Of a DNA stretch of 64,000 bases, positions 1 through 9,873 are shown in pieces; positions within the stretch are counted from its first letter, which is position 1; the number at the start of each line of letters is the position of its first letter. Position numbers and translations under genes: made by a program. The DNA is taken from positions 516-64,515 of the forward strand of contig JAJDAD010000035.1 in assembly GCA_029262055.1 (NCBI GenBank), written 5' to 3'. Under the pieces are notes generated by a model. The model saw nothing but the letters and a program-made list of their open reading frames with translations, had not been told where the DNA came from and did not search any database. The DNA comes from Candidatus Zhuqueibacterota bacterium (GTDB lineage: Bacteria; Zhuqueibacterota; Zhuqueibacteria; Oceanimicrobiales; Oceanimicrobiaceae).

Positions 1-591
1 GCACTTCTCGTGGACCTGGTGCGCGCCCTCTCGCAAGGCAAGCCGATGCAGGTACGCAATCCAGGTGCGCTTCGGCCCTGGCAGCACGTCTTACAGGCGC
101 TTAGTGGCTACCTCACGTTGGCGGCCGGATTGCTGAATTCCGACAAGCCGGAATTATGTAGCGGGTGGAACATCGGTCCATTCCCCGGTAACGAGCTGCC
201 GGTCCGCGATGTAGTAGAGATCTTTATCAAGGAATGGGGACAAGGCAGTTGGCAAGATAGAAGTGATCCAAGCGACCCGCATGAAGCCAACATACTGCGC
301 CTGTGCATCGACAAGGCGATTTGGCAACTAGGCTGGCAACCGGGATGGAACGTTCGTGAAGCCCTGCACCATACGGCGCGTTGGTACAGAAACTACTTCG
401 AGGACCCGGATTCAGCGCGCCAACTCAGCCTCGAACAAATCGCCGCCTATGAAAACAGGTTGGCCAAACTGCTTGTTGACCAATCTGAGGCGCTAAACTC
501 AAAACCTACAGCAAATGTGCGAAACGGCAGCAGCAGGCCCGACACCGCAAAGCGGTTTCCACCTGCCGGCAAAGTGACCAAATGCAATTGA
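1..591 (+). CDS. rfbG: CDP-glucose 4,6-dehydratase, 5'-truncated by the window edge
   Basis: Frame open from base 1. RNPGALRPWQHVLQALSGY, WNIGP and PHEANILRL match the RfbG C-terminal half; rfbF is nearby. Confidence 0.85.
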   Translation, partial: ALLVDLVRALSQGKPMQVRNPGALRPWQHVLQALSGYLTLAAGLLNSDKPELCSGWNIGPFPGNELPVRDVVEIFIKEWGQGSWQDRSDPSDPHEANILRLCIDKAIWQLGWQPGWNVREALHHTARWYRNYFEDPDSARQLSLEQIAAYENRLAKLLVDQSEALNSKPTANVRNGSSRPDTAKRFPPAGKVTKCN

Positions 592-619
592 GTTTATGAT
601 ACTTGGAGAGAATACTGCG

Positions 620-1975
620 ATGGATTTCACGAAATCAAGAAAGCTTCAGAAGAAAAGTCACAACCTCATTCCGGCGGGTTGCCACACCTATGCCAAGGGC
701 GACGACCAGTACCCGGTCCTGGCGCCGGGATTTATCGTCAAAGGGCAGGGCTGCCATGTCTGGGATGTTGATGGCAACAAATATATCGAATACGGTATGG
801 GCTGCCGGGCAGTTGCGCTCGGTCATGCCTATCCCGAGGTGGTCAACGCCGCCAGGGCGGAGATGCTAAATGGCAGCAATTTCACTCGCCCTAGTACACT
901 CGAAGTGGACTGCGCCGAAAAAATGCTAAATCTGCTCCCCGCTGCCGACATGGTCAAGTTTACCAAAAACGGCTCCGATGCTACGACTGCTGCCGTCAAA
1001 CTGGCACGTGCCTACACCGGACGAAATCTGGTCGCGCTGTGCGCAGACCATCCTTTCTTCTCCACCGATGACTGGTTTATCGGGACAACGCCGGTCGACG
1101 CAGGTATTCCAACGGCGGTGAAGAAACTGACCCGCACCTTCAAATACAACGATATCGAGAGCGTGCGACTGCTGTTTCAGAACCATCCCAATCAAATTGC
1201 AGCCCTGATCCTGGAACCGGTCAAATACGACGCCCCCAAAGACAGCTTTCTACACCAGGTCCGGGAGCTTTGCCACGCAAACGGTGCTCTCTTCATCCTC
1301 GACGAAATGATCGCCGGTTTTCGAATGCACATCGGTGGCGGCCAGGTTCTTTATGAGGTCGAACCCGACCTCTCCACCTTTGGCAAAGCACTGGGGAATG
1401 GCTTTGCTGTTTCGGCCCTGGCCGGCAAAAAAGAAATCATGCAGCTTGGCGGCCTGTTTCACGCGGAGGAGCGTGTTTTCCTGCTATCGACCACCCACGG
1501 CGCGGAGACGCACGCCCTGGCAGCCGCAATGGCGGTCATAAGGACCTATGAACAGCAACCGGTCATCGAACGCCTCTACTCCATCGGTCAACGTCTCGCT
1601 GACGGCCTCAATCAAGTGATCGAGACACAGGGGTTGCAGGAGTACGTTCAAATCCACGGCTTCCCGTGTAATCTGGTTTTCGCCACCCGTGATCAGGACA
1701 AGAAGCCGTCGCAGAGCTTCCGCAGCCTGTTCATGCAGGAGATGATAAAAAGAGGCGTATTAGGCCCCTCGTTTGTGGTCAGCTATTCGCACACAGCCGA
1801 AGATATCGACCGCACGGTGGAAGCCTTTGATGCCTCACTCAAGGTTTATCGGGATGCTCTGGAACTAGGCGCAGAACAATATCTCGTGGGACGTCCAACC
1901 CAGGTGGTTTATCGCAGGTATAATTCGCCTGCGCAATCCCAGACTACAGTTAGCAATGGTGTGCACGGCCAATGA
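620..1975 (+). CDS. Class III PLP aminotransferase (glutamate-1-semialdehyde aminomutase-like), polysaccharide-associated
   Basis: HTYAKGDDQYP, FTKNGSDATTAA, FILDEMIAGFR and PLP-lysine motif STFGKALGNG. ATG 620 follows GGAG (ORF track starts at 596). Confidence 0.88.
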   Translation: MDFTKSRKLQKKSHNLIPAGCHTYAKGDDQYPVLAPGFIVKGQGCHVWDVDGNKYIEYGMGCRAVALGHAYPEVVNAARAEMLNGSNFTRPSTLEVDCAEKMLNLLPAADMVKFTKNGSDATTAAVKLARAYTGRNLVALCADHPFFSTDDWFIGTTPVDAGIPTAVKKLTRTFKYNDIESVRLLFQNHPNQIAALILEPVKYDAPKDSFLHQVRELCHANGALFILDEMIAGFRMHIGGGQVLYEVEPDLSTFGKALGNGFAVSALAGKKEIMQLGGLFHAEERVFLLSTTHGAETHALAAAMAVIRTYEQQPVIERLYSIGQRLADGLNQVIETQGLQEYVQIHGFPCNLVFATRDQDKKPSQSFRSLFMQEMIKRGVLGPSFVVSYSHTAEDIDRTVEAFDASLKVYRDALELGAEQYLVGRPTQVVYRRYNSPAQSQTTVSNGVHGQ

Positions 1976-3339
1976 CATACAGACACGATGCTGGTGACAA
2001 ATCCGGGAAAGAAATGCACGACTTGGTCGCAGCCCTCTACCCCATTCATCGCAGCATGACCGGCAACGGCGTGCGGCAAACCCTGGACATCCTGAAGAAC
2101 CACATCCCCGTGCAAACGCACGAAGTTCCCAGCGGAACGGTTGCGTTCGACTGGCAGGTCCCGCTGGAGTGGAACGTTGCTGATGCTTATGTAAAAGATG
2201 AGAGCGGCGCAAGAGTCGTCGACTTTACGCAGTCCAACCTGCATCTGGTCAGCTACAGCCAGCCGGTTGATGCCGTCATGTCCTGGAGCGAACTGAAAGA
2301 ACATTTGCACACTTTGCCAAAACATCCGGACTGGATACCCTATCGAACTTCACATTTCAAGGAATCATGGGGGCTTTGTCTCAGTCACCGGCGGTTCCTC
2401 GAACTTGATGCGCTCGGCGACCGGTCCTATCACGTGCGCATCGACGCGACGATGACGGACGGCTCGCTGACCTACGGTGAGTTCAGCCTGCCCGGTACGA
2501 GCCGGGACGAGGTCCTGGTCTCATGCCATACCTGTCACCCATCTTTGGCGAACGACAACTTGTCGGGAATCGCAGTAGCCGTTTTTCTCGCCAAATATTT
2601 GGCCCGCGCGCAAAGACGCCTGACCTACCGCTTTATTTTCATTCCCGCAACCATCGGGGCGATCACGTGGCTGTGCCGCAACGAGCGCAGGGCAGAGAAT
2701 ATCAAGCACGGCCTGGTCTTGAGCCTTCTGGGCGACGCAGGAAGCACCACCTACAAAAAAAGCCGGCAGGGCGACGCCAAAATCGATCGCGTGGTCGAGC
2801 ACGTTCTGCAACACTCGCAGCAAGAGTATGAGATCATGGATTTCGAACCGACCGGTTATGATGAGCGTCAGTTCTGCTCTCCCGGTTTTAACCTACCGGT
2901 TGGATGTTTCATGCGCACACGCAACGGCTATTACCCGGAATACCATACTTCTGCGGACAACCTCGACCTGGTACAACCGGAATCGCTGGCGGACTCTTTG
3001 CAGAAAGCTGTCGCCATCATGGAAACCCTGGAGGGCGATCTTACCTACCGCAATCAAAAGCCGAAATGTGAAGCACGCCTGGACGGCCTCGGCCTGTACA
3101 GCGCCTACGGCGATGCGCAGCGACCTGAAGAGCTGCAGCAAGCCGCCCTCTGGCTGCTCAACATGTCGGACGGGACCATGTCACTGCTCGACATTGCGGA
3201 ACGGTCAGGGCTGCCATTTACTCTTTTGAAAAAAGTAACAGACACCCTGGCCGGAGCCGGACTCCTGGCTGAGGTCCCATCGCAATTGCGAACACCGGCC
3301 GGAGAAAAGTCAGCAGACGTTGAAAAAAAACTCACTTGA
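1972..3339 (+). CDS. DUF4910 family protein (aminopeptidase-like fold with C-terminal winged HTH)
   Basis: RSMTGNGVRQTL, HPSLANDNLSG, GYDERQFCSPGFNL and YPEYHTSADNL are typical of this family. ATGA overlap with the upstream gene. Confidence 0.85.
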   Translation: MTYRHDAGDKSGKEMHDLVAALYPIHRSMTGNGVRQTLDILKNHIPVQTHEVPSGTVAFDWQVPLEWNVADAYVKDESGARVVDFTQSNLHLVSYSQPVDAVMSWSELKEHLHTLPKHPDWIPYRTSHFKESWGLCLSHRRFLELDALGDRSYHVRIDATMTDGSLTYGEFSLPGTSRDEVLVSCHTCHPSLANDNLSGIAVAVFLAKYLARAQRRLTYRFIFIPATIGAITWLCRNERRAENIKHGLVLSLLGDAGSTTYKKSRQGDAKIDRVVEHVLQHSQQEYEIMDFEPTGYDERQFCSPGFNLPVGCFMRTRNGYYPEYHTSADNLDLVQPESLADSLQKAVAIMETLEGDLTYRNQKPKCEARLDGLGLYSAYGDAQRPEELQQAALWLLNMSDGTMSLLDIAERSGLPFTLLKKVTDTLAGAGLLAEVPSQLRTPAGEKSADVEKKLT

Positions 3340-3364
3340 GACAGCATCAGAGAGGAAAACCAAA

Positions 3365-4723
3365 ATGAGCAAACCCCAGACTGTACCCCGCCTCGAGCAC
3401 ACGAACGGGAAAAACCACGAGCACGTGAACGACACAAGGTCCGTCAACAAGACTTTGCAGGAAGTTGATGGCGCCCCTGCGCCAAATCCATCCGGACATC
3501 GCTGCAGATTTTGTAATGCCTCCCTGGAGCAACTGGTGGTCGACCTGGGAATGCAGCCGTTGTGTGAGAGCTTCGTCGCAGCGGACAAGCTCAACGACAT
3601 GGAGCCTTTTTATCCCGTGCAAGCTTACGTGTGCGGCAGCTGCTTCCTGGTACAGGTGCCCGAACTGGTGAGCGGCGAGGCGATTTACGGCCACTACGCC
3701 TACTTCTCGTCATTCTCAGACTCGTGGCTGCAGCATGCCCGACAATACGCCGACATGATCACGGACCGCTTCGGATTAACCCAGGAAAGCCACATCATCG
3801 AAGTGGCGAGCAACGACGGCTACCTGCTGCAATATTTCATGCAAAAAGGCATTCCGGTTCTGGGTATCGAGCCGGCCACCAACATTGTGGAAGTTGCCAG
3901 GCAGAAGGGCATTCCAACGGAGAACAAGTTCTTTGGAGAAAAAACCGCGCGCGAGGTTCTGGCGGCAGGCCACAAAGCTGACCTGCTGGTGGGCAACAAT
4001 GTGCTCGCGCACGTACCCGCCCTGAACGATTTTGTCAAAGGGCTCAAGCTGTTACTAGCCGAAGCCGGCGTCATCACTATGGAAATCTCACATGTAATGC
4101 AACTCATAGAAGGCAATCAGTTCGACCAAATCTATCAGGAGCACTACTGCTACTATTCGCTTCTGGCGCTCCGCCGGATCTTCGCCGCCCATGAGCTGAC
4201 CATTTTCGACGTGGACGAGCTAGCGACGCACGGCGGGTCCATCCGTGTTTATGCGCGCCACACTGCGGATCAAAGCAAGCCCGTTCAACCAGCCGTCGAT
4301 GATCTAGTGGCGCGAGAGCTGGCAGCGGGATATGGAAGCTACGCCCGCTATCAGAAGTTCACGGAGCAGGTAGCGGAGACAAAGCGAAAACTGCTCGACT
4401 TCCTGATAGCGGCGAAACGTGCGGGCAAGTCCGTAGCCGGTTATGGCGCGCCCGGAAAGGCTGCGACATTGCTGAACTATTGCGGCGTGCGCGAGGATTT
4501 CCTCGACTACACGGTCGACCGCAATCCCTTCAAGCACGACAAATATCTGCCGGGCGTTCGCATCCCCATCTTCGCGCCGGAGAGGATCGCGGAAACCAAA
4601 CCGGATTACATCCTCTTGTTGCCCTGGAACTTGAAAGACGAACTCATCCGGCAGCTTTCCTATGCCCGCGCATGGGGCGCCCAATTTGTGGTTCCGATTC
4701 CTGAAGTCACCATCTATTCGTGA
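3365..4723 (+). CDS. NDP-hexose C-methyltransferase (zinc-binding, SAM-dependent)
   Basis: CRFC...CGSC zinc motif, EVASNDGYLL, YQEHYCYYS, GYGAPGKAATLLNY, LLPWN. ATG 3365 follows GAGG. Confidence 0.9.
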   Translation: MSKPQTVPRLEHTNGKNHEHVNDTRSVNKTLQEVDGAPAPNPSGHRCRFCNASLEQLVVDLGMQPLCESFVAADKLNDMEPFYPVQAYVCGSCFLVQVPELVSGEAIYGHYAYFSSFSDSWLQHARQYADMITDRFGLTQESHIIEVASNDGYLLQYFMQKGIPVLGIEPATNIVEVARQKGIPTENKFFGEKTAREVLAAGHKADLLVGNNVLAHVPALNDFVKGLKLLLAEAGVITMEISHVMQLIEGNQFDQIYQEHYCYYSLLALRRIFAAHELTIFDVDELATHGGSIRVYARHTADQSKPVQPAVDDLVARELAAGYGSYARYQKFTEQVAETKRKLLDFLIAAKRAGKSVAGYGAPGKAATLLNYCGVREDFLDYTVDRNPFKHDKYLPGVRIPIFAPERIAETKPDYILLLPWNLKDELIRQLSYARAWGAQFVVPIPEVTIYS

Positions 4724-4772
4724 TGGCTGGAAAAACTGAGAACAGAGATTTAAAATCCAACCAGGAGCACTG

Positions 4773-5636
4773 ATGAAAGTTGTACTTTTTTGTGGCGGAT
4801 TCGGGATGCGGTTGCGGGATGACTCAGAATCAACTCCCAAACCGCTCATGCAAATAGGTTACCGGCCCATTCTGTGGCACGTGATGAAATACTACGCCCA
4901 CTACGGGCATAAAGATTTCATCCTCTGTCTAGGGTGGCGGGCTGATGCATTCAAGGAGTATTTCCTGAATTATAATGAATGTCTGTCAAACGATTTTATT
5001 CTCAACGGGAACGGACGCGTCAATTTGCTCAACAGTGATATCCAGGATTGGAATATCACATTTGTCGACACCGGCACAACCTCAAATGTCGGGCAACGAC
5101 TACTGGCGGTACGAGAGCACCTGCGCGGCGAGGAGCATTTTCTCGCAAATTACACGGACGGGCTCAGTGACTTGTATTTGCCAGGCCTGATCGACTTCCA
5201 CCGGGAGCAGCAGGCCGTGGCCACGCTGCTCTCCATTTTGCCGAAGTACAATAGTTTCCACGCAGTCAAAATCGACGAGCAGAGCCGGGTTTCTGAAATT
5301 GAGCCGGTCGAAAACCTCGATATCTGGATGAACGGAGGTTTCTTCGTATTCACGCAAGACATCTTCAACTACCTGCAGAAGGGGGAAGAGCTGGTCGAGC
5401 AACCCCTGCAACGGCTCATTAAGAAACGCAAACTCGCTACCCTGCGCCACCACGGTTTCTGGGCCTGCATGGATACTTTTAAAGAAAAAGAAATGCTCGA
5501 GAACATGGTCGCACACGGTGATGCCCCGTGGGAGGTTTGGAAAACCCACGACTGTTCCAACTCCGGGAAAATCAACGGGACCAGCACGAATGGTAATACA
5601 GTAAAAGGGACTGATGTTAAGACAAAAACTAAATGA
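4773..5636 (+). CDS. rfbF: Glucose-1-phosphate cytidylyltransferase
   Basis: MKVVLFCGGFGMRL, PKPL, WMNGGFF, HGFWACMDT; SD AGGAG upstream. Confidence 0.88.
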   Translation: MKVVLFCGGFGMRLRDDSESTPKPLMQIGYRPILWHVMKYYAHYGHKDFILCLGWRADAFKEYFLNYNECLSNDFILNGNGRVNLLNSDIQDWNITFVDTGTTSNVGQRLLAVREHLRGEEHFLANYTDGLSDLYLPGLIDFHREQQAVATLLSILPKYNSFHAVKIDEQSRVSEIEPVENLDIWMNGGFFVFTQDIFNYLQKGEELVEQPLQRLIKKRKLATLRHHGFWACMDTFKEKEMLENMVAHGDAPWEVWKTHDCSNSGKINGTSTNGNTVKGTDVKTKTK

Positions 5637-6255
5637 CTGCCGGCGAATCCTCTGCATCGGCGCCCATGCCGACGATATCGAAATCGGTTGTGGTGCCACC
5701 CTGCTTAAGCTGTTAGCGCAAACAGATAAAGCGGTCGTGCATTGGGTGGTTCTCAGCGCGTCTGAGGAGCGCGAGTTGGAGGCAAAGCAAAGCGCAAACA
5801 CGTTTCTGGTGAATTGCGAACAGAAGAAGATCATCGTGAAGCACTTCCGTGATGCGTACTTTCCCTATGAGGCGATCAAGATAAAAGAGTACTTTCAAGA
5901 GTTGCGTGCGGAGTTCTCGCCGGACCTAATCTTCACCCACAGGCTCGAGGATAGACACCAGGATCACCGGCTGGTCGCCGAACTAACCTGGAACACGTTT
6001 CGCAATCATCTGATCTTCGAATACGACGTCCCAAAGTATGAAGGCGACCTTGGCCAGCCCAACGTTTTTGTGGAAGTAAGTGAAGAGGACGGTCGCAAAA
6101 AAATAACGAACCTGCTCAGGCACTTTCCATCGCAGAAAAGTAAGTCGTGGTTTTCACCAGAGACGTTCCAGGCGCTGCTGCATCTGCGCGGAATCGAGTG
6201 CAATGCAACGAGCAGGTCCGCCGAAGGCTTTTACTGCCGCAAGATGGTCTTTTGA
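5614..6255 (+). CDS. PIG-L/LmbE family deacetylase
   Basis: GAHADDIEIGCG and DRHQDH metal-binding motifs. Confidence 0.88.
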   Translation: MLRQKLNDCRRILCIGAHADDIEIGCGATLLKLLAQTDKAVVHWVVLSASEERELEAKQSANTFLVNCEQKKIIVKHFRDAYFPYEAIKIKEYFQELRAEFSPDLIFTHRLEDRHQDHRLVAELTWNTFRNHLIFEYDVPKYEGDLGQPNVFVEVSEEDGRKKITNLLRHFPSQKSKSWFSPETFQALLHLRGIECNATSRSAEGFYCRKMVF

Positions 6256-6322
6256 GACAGTCAAAAAGCACAGCGCAAATACAGGATTTTACAGCAACAC
6301 CAGCATTCTAAAGGAGTCACCA

Positions 6323-7150
6323 ACGCAAAAAACAACTAAATCTCCAGGCTCGCCGCAGCCAGGCAAGCTAAACGCCGCCATTGTTTGGCCGCCGAAATAT
6401 GACTTGCTTGGCATTAAAGTCAGCGCCACCTCCTACGCTGAAGCCGTAGAGTTGGTGCTTGCAGCCGCTCAAAAAAACGAGCCCGCCGTCATTTCATGCC
6501 ATGCCGTCCATGCCGTGGTTACTGCATCCGGAAGAGCGGAATTGCGGGACCAGGTGAACACATTTCAAATAGTTACACCGGACGGACAGCCGGTGCGCTG
6601 GGCGCTCAACAGCCTGTACAAAACGAATCTGGCGGAGCGGGTATACGGCCCGGAGCTAATGCTGAGGATATGCCACAGAGCCGCGCAAGAACTCGCTCCG
6701 GTCTACCTTTACGGAGGATCACCGCAGGTCGTAGCGGCTCTTTCGCGCAACCTAAAAAACCGGTATCATGACCTGGTGATCGCCGGCGCCGAATCCCCGC
6801 CTTTTCGGCCACTGTCGCAGTCGGAGAAAGAGGCAACCGTGCGCCGGATCAACAGCAGTGGCGCAAAAATAGTCTTCATCGGACTGGGCTGTCCCAAGCA
6901 GGACTATTTCGCGTATGAGCAGCGGAAACAGATTCAAGCGGTCAAGGTGTGTGTGGGAGCAGCGTTCGACCTTCACGCAGGGGCGCAGACGATGGCCCCA
7001 CGCTGGATGCAAAAAAGTGGCCTGGAATGGGCGTTTCGCCTGGGGCAGGAACCCGGCCGGCTTTGGCGCAGGTATCTATTTACTAACTCTACATTTGTGG
7101 TGAAATTGCTGTTGCAATCAGGACGTAGATTGGTCTCCGGCAAGTTCTAG
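6323..7150 (+). CDS. WecB/TagA/CpsF family glycosyltransferase; start uncertain (possible ACG at 6323, ORF track starts at 6203)
   Basis: TPDGQPVRW, RVYGPELM, FIGLGCPKQ, VGAAFD, GLEWAFRL...EPGRLWRRY. Confidence 0.9.
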   Translation, partial: TQKTTKSPGSPQPGKLNAAIVWPPKYDLLGIKVSATSYAEAVELVLAAAQKNEPAVISCHAVHAVVTASGRAELRDQVNTFQIVTPDGQPVRWALNSLYKTNLAERVYGPELMLRICHRAAQELAPVYLYGGSPQVVAALSRNLKNRYHDLVIAGAESPPFRPLSQSEKEATVRRINSSGAKIVFIGLGCPKQDYFAYEQRKQIQAVKVCVGAAFDLHAGAQTMAPRWMQKSGLEWAFRLGQEPGRLWRRYLFTNSTFVVKLLLQSGRRLVSGKF

Positions 7151-9873
7151 TGCGCTTCCAGCCAGTTGGGCCCGACTCCTATCTCGGCTTTGATCGGGAC
7201 GTCCATAGGGATGGCGTTTTCCATTTCATGGCGGACGAGCTCGATCATTTCATCCACCTCACTTTCCGGGGTTTCGAAAACCAACTCGTCGTGCACCTGC
7301 ATGATCATCCTGGTTTTGTAATTCCCATCCCTTAGCTTATGCCAAATATTGAGCATGGCGACTTTGATGAGTTCCGCAGCGCTGCCTTGAATCGGTGTAT
7401 TCACTGCTGTCCGTTTGGCAAACTCCTGAATATTGCGATTGCGGCTCCTGATTTCAGGTAAATACCGCCTGCGGTTGAGCATGGTGGTCACGTACCCCTT
7501 GTCCTCTACCTCCGCATGCATTCTGTCAATGAACTCCTTCACCTTGTAGTACAGCGCGAAGTAACTGGTGATGAAGTCCCGCGCCTCTTCGTTTGAAATC
7601 TGCAGGCGCGTGGCCAGGCCGTAAACGCCCATGCCGTACATGATGCCAAAGTTGATTTCTTTTGCGCGGCGCCTGTGCTCAGCCGTCAAGTCGTCCTCAT
7701 GCACCTGAAAAACCAGGCTGGCCGTCTTACTGTGAATGTCTTCTTCATTCTTAAATGCCTCAAGCAGCACAGGGTCTTTCGACAAATGCGCCATGATGCG
7801 CAACTCGACCTGTGAGTAGTCAGCGTCAAGAATGACGTAGCCTTCGCCGGCTGGCACGAATGCTCGCCTGATCTCCCTGCCGATTTCGGTCCGGATCGGG
7901 ATGTTCTGCAAATTGGGATCGCTCGATGACAACCGTCCGGTTGCGGCCACGGCCTGATTGTAGGATGTGTGCAGGCGCCGGGTCTGAGAGTTCACCAAAT
8001 TAGGCAGCGCATCCACGTAAGTTGACTTGAGCTTGGTCAACTCCCGGTATTCGAGCATCAACCCAGGCAGTTCATGGACTTTTGCCAGTTCCTCCAGAAC
8101 CTTTGCGTCGGTGGAATACCCGGTTTTGGTTCTTTTCTTTTTCGGCAGTTTGAGCTTCTCAAAAAGAATTTCACCAAGCTGCTGAGTGGAGTTGATGTTG
8201 AACTCCTCTCCCGCACTGTCATGGATCTGTTTTACCAGCCGGTCGACCTGTGCACCCATTCTGTCGGACATCTTGGAGAGGAAATCCAGGTCAAGCGAAA
8301 CCCCGATCCGCTCCATGTCGGCCAGCACGTACACCAGCGGCGCCTCGACCTCGTTGAACAACCGGTCGAGACCGGCCTGGCTTAGCTGCCTCCTGAAAAG
8401 CTCATGTAGTTGAAACACCAAATCGGCTTCCTCGCAGAGATACTCAGCCAGACCGCCCTGCTCAACCTCCAAAATACTGAGCTGCGCCTTGCCACTTCCT
8501 AACAGATCTTTGCGCGAACGCTTGATGTGGTTTAGATGCTCCAGCGCAGCCGCCGCGAGGCTATGTTGTTTTGCACCGGCGTTGATCAGGTAAGAGGCGA
8601 CCATGGTGTCAAACGCGCAGCCGTCCAGGTTGATACCATGTTGTGCGAAGAGCAACATCTGTGTCTTGGTATCATGTCCGATCTTTTTTATCCCGGAGTT
8701 CTCCAGGAGCGGTTTTAACACATGGTTAATCGCAATAGAGCCGAACAGGTCGGTCTCAGCCCTCAGGCAAATCTCCTTGCCACCGTCCTCTGTCGTGGCG
8801 TGGGTGCACGCCGGCAGATAGTAACCCTCTCCGCTTTTCAGGCAAAAGGCCATTCCGGCGATCTCGGAGTCCATGGGGTCCTTGCCCGTCATTTCAGTGC
8901 GCAGGACAAAGAATTCACTTTTGTGCAGCTTGCTCACCAGTTTCTCCAGCTCCGGCTGGGTGTCGACAACGATACACTTTGTCTCGTGCGGTTTAGAGGC
9001 AACAGAAAACCGGTCGAGAAGGCTAGTGAAATCCAGTTCCTTGAACAGTGGCTTAAGCTCATCCAGGTTGGGCGCGCCGCACTTGAAAGACTCCAGGTCA
9101 AAATCGATAGGGACCTGCGTCTCGATGCGAACCAGCTTCTTGGACATAAGCGCGTCTTCGTGCCCGGACTTGAGGTTTTCACGGACGCTGGTGCGCGTAA
9201 TGTTTTCCGCGTTTTCCAGGGCGCCCTCCAGGCTGCCGTATTCAGTGATCAGGCTGACAGCAGTTTTCGGCCCGACGCCCTTGACCCCGGGCACGTTATC
9301 CGATGTATCGCCGGTCAGCCCAAGGTAATCCACGATTTTGTCCGGCGGCAACCCGATCTTTTCCTCCACAGCCTCCTGATCCATAATCTCAAAATCTTCC
9401 CCAACGCGCCTGCTTGGCCGATAGAGTTTGACATTTTCCCCGACCAGTTGCATAAAATCCTTGTCCGCGCTGACCAGGCAAGCCAGCAAACCCGAGGATG
9501 CAGCACGTTGCGCCAGTGTGCCGATCACGTCGTCGGCTTCATAGCCATCCTGCTGCAGACGTGGAATATTCAGCGCATCGATGACTTTGTGCAGAATAGG
9601 AAATTGCTCGCTCAAATCATCAGGCATCTTTTGCCGGTTGGCTTTATATTCGGAGTAAGCTTCGTGGCGAAAAGTCGGTCCTTTCGGATCGAATACAACC
9701 GCAAGGTAATCTGGCTTCTCATTGTCCAGAATCATAAACAGAAATCGCAGAAAGCCGAATACCGCGCTGGTATTCTGGCCCTTGGAGTTAATCAAAGGAT
9801 TATGGATGAATGCAAAATATGAACGGTAGGCGATCGCCGAACCGTCTATCAGGAAAAGCGTAGGTTGTGACAT
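7147..9873 (-). CDS. polA: DNA polymerase I
   Basis: 5'-3' exonuclease motifs (LIDG, YKANR, EADDVIG, GDTSDNVPGVKGVG) and polymerase motifs (TGRLSSSDPNLQNIP, DYSQVELR, AKEINFGIMYG, QVHDELVFE). Confidence 0.98.
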   Translation of the reverse strand: MSQPTLFLIDGSAIAYRSYFAFIHNPLINSKGQNTSAVFGFLRFLFMILDNEKPDYLAVVFDPKGPTFRHEAYSEYKANRQKMPDDLSEQFPILHKVIDALNIPRLQQDGYEADDVIGTLAQRAASSGLLACLVSADKDFMQLVGENVKLYRPSRRVGEDFEIMDQEAVEEKIGLPPDKIVDYLGLTGDTSDNVPGVKGVGPKTAVSLITEYGSLEGALENAENITRTSVRENLKSGHEDALMSKKLVRIETQVPIDFDLESFKCGAPNLDELKPLFKELDFTSLLDRFSVASKPHETKCIVVDTQPELEKLVSKLHKSEFFVLRTEMTGKDPMDSEIAGMAFCLKSGEGYYLPACTHATTEDGGKEICLRAETDLFGSIAINHVLKPLLENSGIKKIGHDTKTQMLLFAQHGINLDGCAFDTMVASYLINAGAKQHSLAAAALEHLNHIKRSRKDLLGSGKAQLSILEVEQGGLAEYLCEEADLVFQLHELFRRQLSQAGLDRLFNEVEAPLVYVLADMERIGVSLDLDFLSKMSDRMGAQVDRLVKQIHDSAGEEFNINSTQQLGEILFEKLKLPKKKRTKTGYSTDAKVLEELAKVHELPGLMLEYRELTKLKSTYVDALPNLVNSQTRRLHTSYNQAVAATGRLSSSDPNLQNIPIRTEIGREIRRAFVPAGEGYVILDADYSQVELRIMAHLSKDPVLLEAFKNEEDIHSKTASLVFQVHEDDLTAEHRRRAKEINFGIMYGMGVYGLATRLQISNEEARDFITSYFALYYKVKEFIDRMHAEVEDKGYVTTMLNRRRYLPEIRSRNRNIQEFAKRTAVNTPIQGSAAELIKVAMLNIWHKLRDGNYKTRMIMQVHDELVFETPESEVDEMIELVRHEMENAIPMDVPIKAEIGVGPNWLEAH

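Noticed and set aside
620-1975. Calling this gene hemL
   Set aside because: The polysaccharide context and HTYAKGDDQ motif fit the sugar-associated subgroup, and no hem genes are nearby.
8722-9822. 366-aa ORF antisense to polA
   Set aside because: It lies entirely opposite a conserved gene and has no recognisable motifs; a typical antisense shadow ORF.
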